Origin: Planctomycetota bacterium
Lineage (GTDB): Bacteria > Planctomycetota > UBA1135 > UBA2386
Length of the DNA: 64,000 bases
Assembly: GCA_016872675.1 (NCBI GenBank)
Contig: VGZG01000001.1
Coordinates: 77,182-141,181, forward strand
Direction: 5' to 3'
The notes under the pieces: generated by a model
Databases searched by the model: none
Told to the model about the DNA's origin: nothing
What the model saw: only the letters and a program-made list of their open reading frames with translations
Part shown: positions 54,952 through 63,698 of the stretch, piece after piece
Layout of the letters: every line of letters begins with the position of its first letter
Position numbering within the stretch: position 1 is the first letter of the stretch
Position numbers and translations under genes: made by a program

Positions 54952-55902
54952 GTGGCCGCGAACGCGTACCCGCCGACCGCGCCGCCGGGCCAGCCCGCAT
55001 GGGCGGCGGCGCTAGACACGCGCAACAGCGCGTGGTGGCAGGACCTCGTCATGCGTGTCGTTGTCATGGCCGGCGGCATCTCGGCGATCTTGTTCATCGT
55101 CGCGATCTTCGGCTTCATCGCCAGCCAAGGCATCGAGTTCATCGTCCACCGCCTCGACCTCGGCGCCCTGCTGACCGGCGTGCGCTGGGAGCCGACGGTC
55201 GAGCCGCCGAGCTACGGCGCACTGCCGCTGATCGCCGGCACGGCGTTCATCACGCTCGTTGCGATGGCGATCGCCGTGCCGCTGGCGTTCGGCGCCGCGG
55301 TCTACGTCGGCGAGTTCGCGCGCGGCAAGCAGCGCGAGTGGCTCAAGATCGGCATCGAGCTGCTGGCGGCGATCCCGTCGGTCGTCTGGGGCGTCATCGG
55401 CCTGCACGTGATGAAGCCGGTCATCCAGGACCTGTTCGGCGTCCAGGTCGGCCTCAACGTGCTCAACGCCGGCATCATCCTCGGGCTGATGGCGGCGCCG
55501 ATCATGGCGACGATCGCCGAGGACGCGCTCAAGGCCGTGCCCGACACCTACCGCGAAGCCGCGGAGTCGCTCGGCGCGACCAAGTGGCAGGTGGTCTGGA
55601 AGGTCGTGCTGCCGCACGCGCGCCCCGGCCTGTCGGCCGCCGTGCTGCTCGGCATCGGCCGCGCCTTCGGCGAGACCATCGCCGTGCTGATGGCGAGCGG
55701 CCATCGGCTGATGATCCCGGAGAGCATCTTCGACTCGGCCGCGACGCTGACGGCGACGATCGCCGCCGAGCTCGGCGAAGCCGCGGTCGGCGGCGACCAC
55801 TACCAGGTCCTGTTCGTCCTCGGGATGCTGCTGTTCGTCATCACCTTCGCGATCAACCTGACGGCCGACTGGATCGTGCGCGGCCGGCGGAGGCAGGCAT
55901 GA
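54952..55902 (+). CDS. pstC: Phosphate ABC transporter permease PstC
   Basis: GTG start 54952. EAA-type loop and PstC blocks (LPLIAGTAFITLVAM, REAAESLGATKWQVVWKVVLP). Confidence 0.92.
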   Translation: MAANAYPPTAPPGQPAWAAALDTRNSAWWQDLVMRVVVMAGGISAILFIVAIFGFIASQGIEFIVHRLDLGALLTGVRWEPTVEPPSYGALPLIAGTAFITLVAMAIAVPLAFGAAVYVGEFARGKQREWLKIGIELLAAIPSVVWGVIGLHVMKPVIQDLFGVQVGLNVLNAGIILGLMAAPIMATIAEDALKAVPDTYREAAESLGATKWQVVWKVVLPHARPGLSAAVLLGIGRAFGETIAVLMASGHRLMIPESIFDSAATLTATIAAELGEAAVGGDHYQVLFVLGMLLFVITFAINLTADWIVRGRRRQA

Positions 55903-56783
55903 CCGGCGCCAATCCGTTCGCGCCCACCTCGCTCGAAGGCCGCAGCCTCGCCAGCCAGGGCGTCGCCAAGGCCGGCTTCCTGGTGATCACGCTGCTGCTG
56001 CTGATCCCGGCGCTCGGCATCGTCGGCGTGCTGCTGGTCGAGGGCTGGCCGGGGATGACGCTGTCGTTCCTCCTCGAGAAGCCGCGCGAGAACGGCGCCG
56101 CCGGCGGCATCGCCACGGCGCTGGTCGGCACCATCTGGCTGACCGCCGTCGCGCTCGTCGTGGCGCTGCCCGTCGGCGTCGCCGCCGCGATCTACCTCAG
56201 CGAGTACGCGCGCGACAACTGGCTGACCCGCACGATCAACGTCGCCATCGTCAACCTCGCCGGCGTGCCGTCGATCGTGCACGCGCTGTTCGGTGTCGGC
56301 GCCTTCGTGCACTTCCTGCAGTTCGGCAAGTCGATCCTGGCGGCGAGCTGCACGCTCGCGGTCATGACGCTGCCGGTCGTGATCGTCGCCACCCGCGAGT
56401 CGCTGCAGGCGGTGCCCAAGGCCTTCCGCGAGGCGACCTGGAACCTCGGCGCGACGCGCTGGCAGACCATCTGGCGAATCGTGCTGCCGAACTCCGGCAG
56501 CGGCATCCTGACCGGCCTGATCCTCGTCGTCTGCCGCGCCGTCGGCGAGACCGCGCCGATCATGTTCACCGGCGCCGTGTTCTTCCGACAGCTGTTCCCC
56601 AACGGCGTGTTCGACAAGACCATGGCCTTGTCGCTGCACCTGTTCAACGTCTCGACGCAGGTCACCAACGTGCCGCGACACGTGCCGTTCGCCGTCGCGC
56701 TGACGCTGATCCTGGTCGTGCTGTCGATGAACGCGCTCGCCATCTGGTTTCGCATGCGGCTGCGCGGGAGGAAGAAGTGGTGA
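55899..56783 (+). CDS. pstA: Phosphate ABC transporter permease PstA
   Basis: ATGA overlap with pstC. PstA blocks (GGIATALVGTIWL, FREATWNLGATRWQTIWRIVLP, GETAPIMFTG). Confidence 0.92.
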   Translation: MTGANPFAPTSLEGRSLASQGVAKAGFLVITLLLLIPALGIVGVLLVEGWPGMTLSFLLEKPRENGAAGGIATALVGTIWLTAVALVVALPVGVAAAIYLSEYARDNWLTRTINVAIVNLAGVPSIVHALFGVGAFVHFLQFGKSILAASCTLAVMTLPVVIVATRESLQAVPKAFREATWNLGATRWQTIWRIVLPNSGSGILTGLILVVCRAVGETAPIMFTGAVFFRQLFPNGVFDKTMALSLHLFNVSTQVTNVPRHVPFAVALTLILVVLSMNALAIWFRMRLRGRKKW

Positions 56784-57565
56784 CCGCCGGCCCGTCCCCC
56801 GTTGCGGCGCCGCCGGCGCTGCTCACCGTGCGCAACCTGTCGATCCGCTACGGCGACAAGGTGGCGCTCCAGGGCGTCGACCTCGACGTCCGGCCCAACG
56901 AGATCGTCGGCATCATCGGCCCGGCCAACGCCGGCAAGACGTCGTTCCTGCGCGCGCTCAACCGCATGGACGCGCTCGTGCCGGAGATGCAGGTCGACGG
57001 CACGATCACCTTCGCCGGCCGCGACCTGCGCGACGTGCGCAACCTGTACGCGCTGCGCAGCCGCATCGGCGTGGTGTTCCCGCTGCCTGTCGGCCTGCCG
57101 CTGTCGATCTACGACAACGTCGCGCTCGCCCCGCGCCTGCGCGGCGTCAAGGCCAGGTCCGAGCTCGACGGCATCGTCGAACGCAGTCTGCGGCGCGCGG
57201 CGCTCTGGGACGAGGTCAAGGACCGCCTCAAGAGCCTCGGCTCGCTGCTCAGCGGCGGCCAACAGCAGCGCCTGACGATCGCGCGCGCGTTGTCGCAGGA
57301 GCCGGAGCTGCTGCTGCTCGACGAGTTCTCGATCGCCATCGACCCGGTGACGACGATGCGCATCGAGGAGGTGCTCAAGGAACTGCGGCAAGAACTCAGC
57401 ATCGTGCTGGTGACCAACCTCGTGCAGCAGGCGCGCCGCCTCGCCGCGCGCACCGCCTTCTTCCTCGGCGGCCGATGCGTCGAGATCATCGCGACCGAGC
57501 TCCTCTTCAGCGGCGGCGCCAAGGACCAGCGCACGATCGACTACCTGGAGGGACGCTTTGGCTGA
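56777..57565 (+). CDS. PstB paralogue with degenerate catalytic loops (Q-loop Gln to Pro, H-loop His to Asn) but canonical LSGGQQQRL signature
   Basis: Co-linear with PstB, including the C-terminal DYLEGRFG. Walker A GPANAGKTS (56918-56944). VVFP in place of MVFQ (CCG 57080-57082). LSGGQQQRL (57248-57274). LLLDEF. VTN in place of VTH (AAC 57416-57418). Confidence 0.9.
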   Translation: MVTAGPSPVAAPPALLTVRNLSIRYGDKVALQGVDLDVRPNEIVGIIGPANAGKTSFLRALNRMDALVPEMQVDGTITFAGRDLRDVRNLYALRSRIGVVFPLPVGLPLSIYDNVALAPRLRGVKARSELDGIVERSLRRAALWDEVKDRLKSLGSLLSGGQQQRLTIARALSQEPELLLLDEFSIAIDPVTTMRIEEVLKELRQELSIVLVTNLVQQARRLAARTAFFLGGRCVEIIATELLFSGGAKDQRTIDYLEGRFG

Positions 57566-58376
57566 TTCCTTGTCCCTGAAGACCCGCACCACGATCCTCA
57601 ACCTGCCCAGACACCGGGCGCCGGCGATCGAGGTGCAGGACCTGAGCCTCTGGTACGGCACGTTCCAGGCGCTGCACGACGTCACGCTGACCATCAAGTC
57701 GGGCATCGTCACGGCGCTGATCGGCCCGTCCGGCTGCGGCAAATCGACGCTGCTGCGCTCGTGCAACCGCATCAACGAGCGCCTGGGCTACGTCTCCACC
57801 ACCGGCACCGTCAAGGTGCTCGGACACGACGTCTACGGCCCCGAGGCGTCGGCGATCCAGGTGCGCCGCCACGTCGGCATGGTCTTTCAGCGGCCCAACC
57901 CGCTGCCGCTGTCGATCCGCGACAACGTGCTGTTCAGTCATCGCCTGCACGCCGAGCGCAAGGCGACACGAGCCGAGGAAGAAGCGATGCTCGAGCAGGC
58001 GCTGCGCGAGGTGCTGCTCTGGGACCGCGTCAAGGACCGCCTCGACCGCAAAGCGACGGTGCTCTCGCTCGAAGAGCAGCAGAAGTTGTGCATCGCGCGC
58101 CTACTGCCGACCAAGCCGTCGGTGCTGCTGATGGACGAGCCGTGCAGCGCGCTCGACCCCGAGGCGACACGCGCCGTCGAAAACCTGATCTGGGACCTGC
58201 GCGGCCACTACTCGATCCTGATCGTCACCCACAACATGGCCCAGGCCCGCCGCGCCAGCGACGAGTGCGTGTTCATGCTGATGGGCCGCGTCGTCGAGCA
58301 CTCCGAGACCGAAGACATGTTCGTCGCGCCGCAGAAGCCGGAGACCTCGGAATACATCGAGGGCCGCTTCGGCTGA
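57558..58376 (+). CDS. pstB: Phosphate import ATP-binding protein PstB (canonical Walker A/B, Q- and H-loops; degenerate signature LSLEEQQKL)
   Basis: TTG start with GGAGG 6 nt upstream. GPSGCGKST, MVFQRPNPLP, LSLEEQQKL (58062-58088), LLMDEPCSALDP, VTHNM, C-terminal EYIEGRFG. Confidence 0.92.
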   Translation: MADSLSLKTRTTILNLPRHRAPAIEVQDLSLWYGTFQALHDVTLTIKSGIVTALIGPSGCGKSTLLRSCNRINERLGYVSTTGTVKVLGHDVYGPEASAIQVRRHVGMVFQRPNPLPLSIRDNVLFSHRLHAERKATRAEEEAMLEQALREVLLWDRVKDRLDRKATVLSLEEQQKLCIARLLPTKPSVLLMDEPCSALDPEATRAVENLIWDLRGHYSILIVTHNMAQARRASDECVFMLMGRVVEHSETEDMFVAPQKPETSEYIEGRFG

Positions 58377-58458
58377 CGGCGCGCGGCGACCGCCGAACGC
58401 TTCCGCCGACCTGCAGGTGGCCGGGCCGGCGGCCGTCGCGCTATCCTGCGCGGCCCCG

Positions 58459-59829
58459 ATGAACGCGCTGCCGCTGCTGCTCCTGTCCCTGTCCGTCGCC
58501 CTGCCACAGGGGCCGGACGAGGCGATCGCCACCTACCAGCTCGACGGCCGCACGCTGCCAGTGACGCGCACCGACGTGGCGCTCGAGATGGCCTTCCACC
58601 TGCGGCGGCGCGACCGCGGCCAGCAGGCCGTCGAACAGCTCGTCGCGGTGACCATCACGCGGCAGGCCGCCGAGGCGAAGAAACTGATGCCGGCCGAAGC
58701 CGACGTGCGGGCGTTCTGGACCGACCTGCAGGAGCAGTTGCGCGCCGCCGGCCGCCGGCCGGAGGACATCCCCGCCGTGCGCAACACCGGTGAGGCGCAG
58801 TGGCTCGCCGACCTCGCCGTGCAATTGGCGCAGAAGCGCGTCGTCCGCCAGGAGCTCGGCCTGAAGGCCGACGAGGAGGTCAGCGGCGACATGCTGACGC
58901 TCTGGCTGCAGGAGCAGCGCAAGAACGCGCTCGTCGTCACCGACCCCGACCTGCTGCCCGCCGGCGCAGTGGCGCGCGTCGGCACGACCGAGATCCCGCT
59001 GATCGAGCTTGGCCTGTTGCTGCTGCGCACCGCCGAGGACGACGAGCGCGACCGCTTCGTCAAGCAAGTCGTCTACCTCGCCGCGCTCGAGGCGGCGGCG
59101 CGCAAGGACGGCGTGCAGGTCACCGCCGCCGACCTCGACGCCGCCGTGCAGAAGCACAAGGACGACGCGCAGAAGGACCCGCGCTACCGCGGCGTCACCT
59201 ACGAGAACCTGCTCAAGGCCGAGGGCCTGACGCCGCAGTCGATCCGCGACCTGCGCGTCTTCCGCGGCCAGATCCTGCTCGACAAGCTGGCGCGCCTGCG
59301 CTTCCGCGACGCCGACCTCGCGGCCGAGCTACAGGACAACCGCCAGGCCGTGCGCGACCGCCACGGCGCGCGCCGGCGCCTGGGCCTCATCTACCTGCGC
59401 GCGCTCGACGAACCCAACCCGCTGGCGCCGCGCACCATGGCCGACGCCGAGCGCGAGCTCGGAGCGGCGCGCGAGCGGCTGCAGAAGGATCCGTTCGACG
59501 TCGTCGCCCGCGTCGTCAGCGAGCACAACGCCAGCAAGGCCCAGGGCGGCGACGCCGGCTGGCACCGACGTCGCTCCGACAATATGCCCGATGCGGTGCT
59601 CGCCGCGGCATTCGCGCAGGCGGCCGGCGACGTCTCGGCGCCGGTCCGCGTCGACGACGGCGTGACGCTGGTGAAGACGCTGGAGATCGAACCCGAGCCG
59701 GACGACGCGACGCTGCGACAGCGGCTGCGCGAGGGCAAGCAAAAGGATCTGCAGAACCAGCTATTCGACGCCTGCAAGCTGACGGTGGCAAAGACGTCTG
59801 CGCCGACGCCGACGAAAGGACGCAAGTGA
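58459..59829 (+). CDS. Secreted parvulin-type peptidyl-prolyl isomerase (SurA/PrsA-like chaperone)
   Basis: Start ATG 58459 (MNALPLLLLSLSVALP). C-terminal parvulin block SEHNASKAQGGDAGWHRR...MPDAVLAAAFAQAAGDVSAPVRVDDGVTLVK. Confidence 0.75.
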   Translation: MNALPLLLLSLSVALPQGPDEAIATYQLDGRTLPVTRTDVALEMAFHLRRRDRGQQAVEQLVAVTITRQAAEAKKLMPAEADVRAFWTDLQEQLRAAGRRPEDIPAVRNTGEAQWLADLAVQLAQKRVVRQELGLKADEEVSGDMLTLWLQEQRKNALVVTDPDLLPAGAVARVGTTEIPLIELGLLLLRTAEDDERDRFVKQVVYLAALEAAARKDGVQVTAADLDAAVQKHKDDAQKDPRYRGVTYENLLKAEGLTPQSIRDLRVFRGQILLDKLARLRFRDADLAAELQDNRQAVRDRHGARRRLGLIYLRALDEPNPLAPRTMADAERELGAARERLQKDPFDVVARVVSEHNASKAQGGDAGWHRRRSDNMPDAVLAAAFAQAAGDVSAPVRVDDGVTLVKTLEIEPEPDDATLRQRLREGKQKDLQNQLFDACKLTVAKTSAPTPTKGRK

Positions 59830-60608
59830 AGCGGCTCTCGTTCGCCGGCGACGACCGGCTGCGCGTCATCGAGGTGGTCGGCGCGAAGTGGTTCGACGCG
59901 CTGTCGCTGTGGCAGCCGCTCGATCCCGACGTCGTGACCACCGGCGCGCACGAGGCCGCTGCGGTGCTGCTCGGCGGCACCTTCGACCTCGTCGGCGGCG
60001 GCACCGCGTGGCCGGCGCGCGGCGCGCGCAAGGACGCGTTCGGCGGCCGGCCGATGGCGGTCTTCCTGCCGCCGGCGACGCCGTTCCGGGCGAGCAAGGG
60101 CAGCGGCGAGATCCTGCTCGTCGCCGCGCGCCAGCCGACCGCGCAACCGACGCCGTCGGGGCGCGAAGCGCTCGCGCACAAGCCGCTGCTGCCGCTCGCG
60201 GGCAGCGGCAAGTCGTTCGACCCCAACAGCGGCGAGTGGAAGCCCGCCGAGACGTTCCCAACCGCGCCCGAGTCGCTGCCACCGCGCCGCTTCGAACGCA
60301 TCGCCGTCGGCGACGTCGTCGTCGAGCGCATGTTCGCGCCCGACTACAAGGCGGCGACGCTGAGCGTCGACGAAGCAGTCGTGCCCATCGGCGGCGCGCT
60401 GCGCCTGGGCGACGTCCCGGGCCGACCGATGTGCGACGAGACGCTGCTGTTCGTGCGCGCGCCGCACGGCGCCACCGTCGAGCACGATGGCCGCAGCGAG
60501 ACGATCACCGGCGACGGCGTCGTACTGCTGCCGTTCGACGGCCGCGCAACGGTCGTGCGCGCCGTCGGCGGCCCGTGCTTCGTCGTGATCAGCAGCGGCG
60601 GCAAGTGA
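59826..60608 (+). CDS. Hypothetical protein, cupin-like (weak resemblance to the IolB/KduI N-terminal barrel)
   Basis: GTG start in GTGA overlap with the PPIase gene. 260 aa with normal composition. No His-rich metal motif seen, so the function call is weak. Confidence 0.5.
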   Translation: MKRLSFAGDDRLRVIEVVGAKWFDALSLWQPLDPDVVTTGAHEAAAVLLGGTFDLVGGGTAWPARGARKDAFGGRPMAVFLPPATPFRASKGSGEILLVAARQPTAQPTPSGREALAHKPLLPLAGSGKSFDPNSGEWKPAETFPTAPESLPPRRFERIAVGDVVVERMFAPDYKAATLSVDEAVVPIGGALRLGDVPGRPMCDETLLFVRAPHGATVEHDGRSETITGDGVVLLPFDGRATVVRAVGGPCFVVISSGGK

Positions 60609-60678
60609 GTCGCTGGCGGCGCGCCCGCGGCGCGCGACGACCATGGCGGCCGCGCGCCGGCAGCCAGTAGCGCGCGGC

Positions 60679-61569
60679 CTACGCGAGCACGGTCGCGCGA
60701 CCGCCGTCGGCGAGCGCCACCACGCTGCCCGGCGCCTGGAAGTCCTGCGGCAGAAAACCCAGGCCGACGCGGTAGCCGCCGCCGGGCGCGACCACCGCGC
60801 GCATCACGCGCCCGACAGCGAGCTGATCCTCGACTTCGAGCAGCTGCTGCGGCGCGTCGATGGCAGGGCCCGGCGAGAGGCGCAGCGCGCACAGTTTGCG
60901 GTTGGTGTGCCCGTAGGTGTGGATGCGCGCGACGATCTCCTGGCCGGTGTAGCAGCCCTTCGTCGTGCTGACCGCGTCCTCGAGGTCGGCCTCGAGTCCG
61001 AGCGTCGTCGGTTCGCTATCGCGGCCGACGCGCACGTCGCCGACGAGCAGGCGCACGCACTCGGCGCGCACGCCGTCGAGCAGCGTGCCCGCGCCGCCAG
61101 CCGCCGCGCCGTAGTGGCGGGCGAACACGAGCCCGCGCCGGCGCGTCGTCATCCCCGGCGCGCCTTCGACCAGCGCCGCCGTGCCGTCGCCGCCCGCTAC
61201 GCCATCGCTGGCGAACGCCACCGTCTCGGCGCACGGCCCAGCGGCGAGCGGCGCGATCGTCAGCTTCTCGGTGAAGTGGTAGCGCTCGAGCAACGCTGCC
61301 AGCGCGTCGACGGCCTCGGCCGGCGACTCGACCCAGTACGCCCCCGCGACGCGGCCGATGGCGCAGACCGCCAGCAGTTTGCCCTTGGCGTCGAGGAACG
61401 CCGCCTTGCGGCTGCGCCCCTCGGGCAGGCCCAGCACGTCCTGCGTGCACAGCCGGTGCAGGAACTCACCGGCGTCGGGACCGGTGACCTGCAGCAACCG
61501 GAACGGCGCATCCGGGCGGTGGTACGGCGGCTTCGGCAGCAGGTCGCGCAGCAGGTCGGCGGGGGTCAT
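60679..61569 (-). CDS. ygfZ: YgfZ/CAF17 folate-binding Fe-S cluster repair protein (aminomethyltransferase fold)
   Basis: Hallmark KGCYTGQE motif, plus the GPDAGEFLHRLCTQDV opening block. Start at ATG 61569 (or 61608). Confidence 0.85.
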   Translation of the reverse strand: MTPADLLRDLLPKPPYHRPDAPFRLLQVTGPDAGEFLHRLCTQDVLGLPEGRSRKAAFLDAKGKLLAVCAIGRVAGAYWVESPAEAVDALAALLERYHFTEKLTIAPLAAGPCAETVAFASDGVAGGDGTAALVEGAPGMTTRRRGLVFARHYGAAAGGAGTLLDGVRAECVRLLVGDVRVGRDSEPTTLGLEADLEDAVSTTKGCYTGQEIVARIHTYGHTNRKLCALRLSPGPAIDAPQQLLEVEDQLAVGRVMRAVVAPGGGYRVGLGFLPQDFQAPGSVVALADGGRATVLA

Positions 61570-61657
61570 GGCGAGCAAAACAGGCAGGATGGCGGTCGGC
61601 GGCGACAATATAGACCAGTTTTGGGGCCTTTTTCCGACCCAGGTGTTGAACGAGCCC

Positions 61658-61663
61658 TAAAAT
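61658..61663 (+). promoter_or_regulatory. Candidate -10 element (TAAAAT) for the iscRSU operon
   Basis: Lies in the AT-rich patch between ygfZ and iscR, 47 nt upstream of the iscR ATG. No well-spaced -35 found. Confidence 0.25.
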
Positions 61664-61709
61664 GGATCTAGTTACACCCACCACGTTCGGCAAGCCGCCG
61701 GACCTCCGC

Positions 61710-62291
61710 ATGTTGCGCATCTCCAAGAAGGCCGACTACGCCGTGTTCCTGCTGGGCGCGATCGCCCGGCAAGGGGCCTATCCCGGGGGCGAACACCCCG
61801 AGGCAGTGGTCAGCGCCCACGAGATCGCCCGGCTGGCCAAGCTCAGCAAGTCGGTCGTCGCCAATCTGCTGAAGGAGTTCGCCAAGCACGGGTTCCTGGA
61901 CTCGGTGCGCGGCCTCAGGGGCGGCTACCGGCTGGCCAAGGCCCCCGCCGCGATCGCGCTGGCCGACATCCTCGAAGTCGTCGAGGGCCGCTTCACCCTG
62001 GTCGAGTGCGTCGCGCACGGCCACGCGGCCGCCGCCACCGCCCCGTCGGGCGGCGCGACTGCGTCCGGCAGCGGCCTGCTGTCGCTCGCCCCGAGCATGC
62101 GCGCCACCGACGACCACGACGGCGTTGACTGCGCGCTGATCGCCTTCTGCCCGAGCAAGGCGCCGATGCGCGTCGTGCACGACCGCATCGCGCGGCTGTT
62201 CCGCGACATCCGCCTCGACGAACTCTGCGCCCTGCCGCCTCGCGGACCTGCCGGCCGCCCCGCCGCCGCGGTTCCCACCCACGCCCGATGA
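61710..62291 (+). CDS. iscR: Rrf2-family transcriptional regulator (IscR-like) with an insertion in the Cys-ligand region
   Basis: Start ATG 61710 gives the [15 protein letters not shown] Rrf2 opening. wHTH block [42 protein letters not shown]. Cys pattern is C-X40-C-X5-C. ATGA overlap with iscS. Confidence 0.85.
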   Translation: MLRISKKADYAVFLLGAIARQGAYPGGEHPEAVVSAHEIARLAKLSKSVVANLLKEFAKHGFLDSVRGLRGGYRLAKAPAAIALADILEVVEGRFTLVECVAHGHAAAATAPSGGATASGSGLLSLAPSMRATDDHDGVDCALIAFCPSKAPMRVVHDRIARLFRDIRLDELCALPPRGPAGRPAAAVPTHAR

Positions 62292-63502
62292 AGACCCCGC
62301 TCTACCTCGACTACAGCGCCACCACGCCGTGCGACCCGCGCGTCGTGCAGCGCATGCTGCCGTTCTTCAGCGACGCCTTCGGCAACGCCGCCAGCCGCAG
62401 CCACGCGTTCGGCTGGACCGCCGAAGCCGCCGTCGAGGAAGCGCGCAGCCAGGTCGCGCAGCTGATCGGCGCGCACCAGAAGGAGATCCTCTGGACCAGT
62501 GGCTCGACCGAGGCCAACAACCTCGCGATCAAGGGCGTGGCCCAGATGTACCGCGAGAAGGGCAACCACCTGATCACCGCGGTCACCGAGCACAAGGCCG
62601 TGCTCGACCCGATGAAGAACCTCGAGGCGCAGGGCTTCGAGGTCACGTGGCTGCCGGTCGACGGCAGGGGCCGCGTCGACCTCAAGCAGCTCGAGGCGGC
62701 GATCACTGACCGCACGATCCTGGTGTCGCTGATGGCGGCCAACAACGAGGTCGGCACGCTGCACCCGATCGCCGAGATCGGCGCCATCTGCAAGCAGAAG
62801 GGCACGCTGTTCCACAGCGACGCCACGCAGTGCCCCGGCAAGATCCCGCTCGACGTCGAGGCGCAGCACGTCGACCTGATGTCGATCTCGGCGCACAAGA
62901 TGTACGGGCCGAAGGGCGTCGGCTGCCTGTACGTGCGGCGCAAGAACCCGCGCGTGCGCCTGACCGCGCAGATGGACGGCGGCGGCCACGAGCGCGGCAT
63001 GCGCTCGGGCACGCTCAACGTCACCGGCATCGTCGGCATGGGCGAGGCCGCGCGCATCTGCCGCGAGGAGATGGCGACCGAGGCGCAAAAGCTCAGGGCG
63101 CTGCGCGACCGGCTGGAGGCCCGGCTGCTGAAGGCGCTGCCCGACGCCGTGCGCAACGGCGACCCCGACGCGCGCCTGCCGCACCTGGCCAACGTCTCAT
63201 TCCCCTACGTCGAGGGCGAGTCGCTGATCATGGGCATCAAGGAGCTCGCCGTGTCATCCGGTTCGGCGTGCACGTCCGCGAGCCTCGAGCCGAGCTACGT
63301 GCTGAAAAGCCTGGGACTCGGCGACGAACTGGCGCACAGCTCGATCCGCTTCTCGCTCGGCCGCTTCACCACGGAGGCAGAGGTCGACTTCGCCGCCGAC
63401 CGCGTCATCGCCGAGGTCAAGCGCCTGCGCGAGATGTCGCCGCTCTGGGAGATGGTCCAGGACGGCGTCGACCTCAGCCAGGTGAAGTGGACGCACCATT
63501 GA
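62288..63502 (+). CDS. iscS: Cysteine desulfurase IscS
   Basis: [25 protein letters not shown]-Lys block [14 protein letters not shown], active-site loop [17 protein letters not shown]. Confidence 0.95.
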   Translation: MKTPLYLDYSATTPCDPRVVQRMLPFFSDAFGNAASRSHAFGWTAEAAVEEARSQVAQLIGAHQKEILWTSGSTEANNLAIKGVAQMYREKGNHLITAVTEHKAVLDPMKNLEAQGFEVTWLPVDGRGRVDLKQLEAAITDRTILVSLMAANNEVGTLHPIAEIGAICKQKGTLFHSDATQCPGKIPLDVEAQHVDLMSISAHKMYGPKGVGCLYVRRKNPRVRLTAQMDGGGHERGMRSGTLNVTGIVGMGEAARICREEMATEAQKLRALRDRLEARLLKALPDAVRNGDPDARLPHLANVSFPYVEGESLIMGIKELAVSSGSACTSASLEPSYVLKSLGLGDELAHSSIRFSLGRFTTEAEVDFAADRVIAEVKRLREMSPLWEMVQDGVDLSQVKWTHH

Positions 63503-63698
63503 TCGGGTCGCCGCGACAAGGCGGGGAACAACTCATGACGAATCCAAGCATCCAGCCCGCCGACGACGAGCCGAATTGATTGGCCCGCCAGACAACGCGC
63601 CCGATCCAGATCGCCACGCAAGCAACAGACATTCCAGCGCCTGAACCCGACGCCGCGAACCGCACACCCGACGAACCAACGACACCCAGCCAACAGCC

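Noticed and set aside
61662-61709. Upstream ATG (61662) given by the ORF track as the start of the Rrf2 regulator
   Set aside because: It would add 16 non-conserved residues and would begin inside the TAAAAT promoter-like element. The ATG at 61710 yields the canonical Rrf2 opening [11 protein letters not shown].
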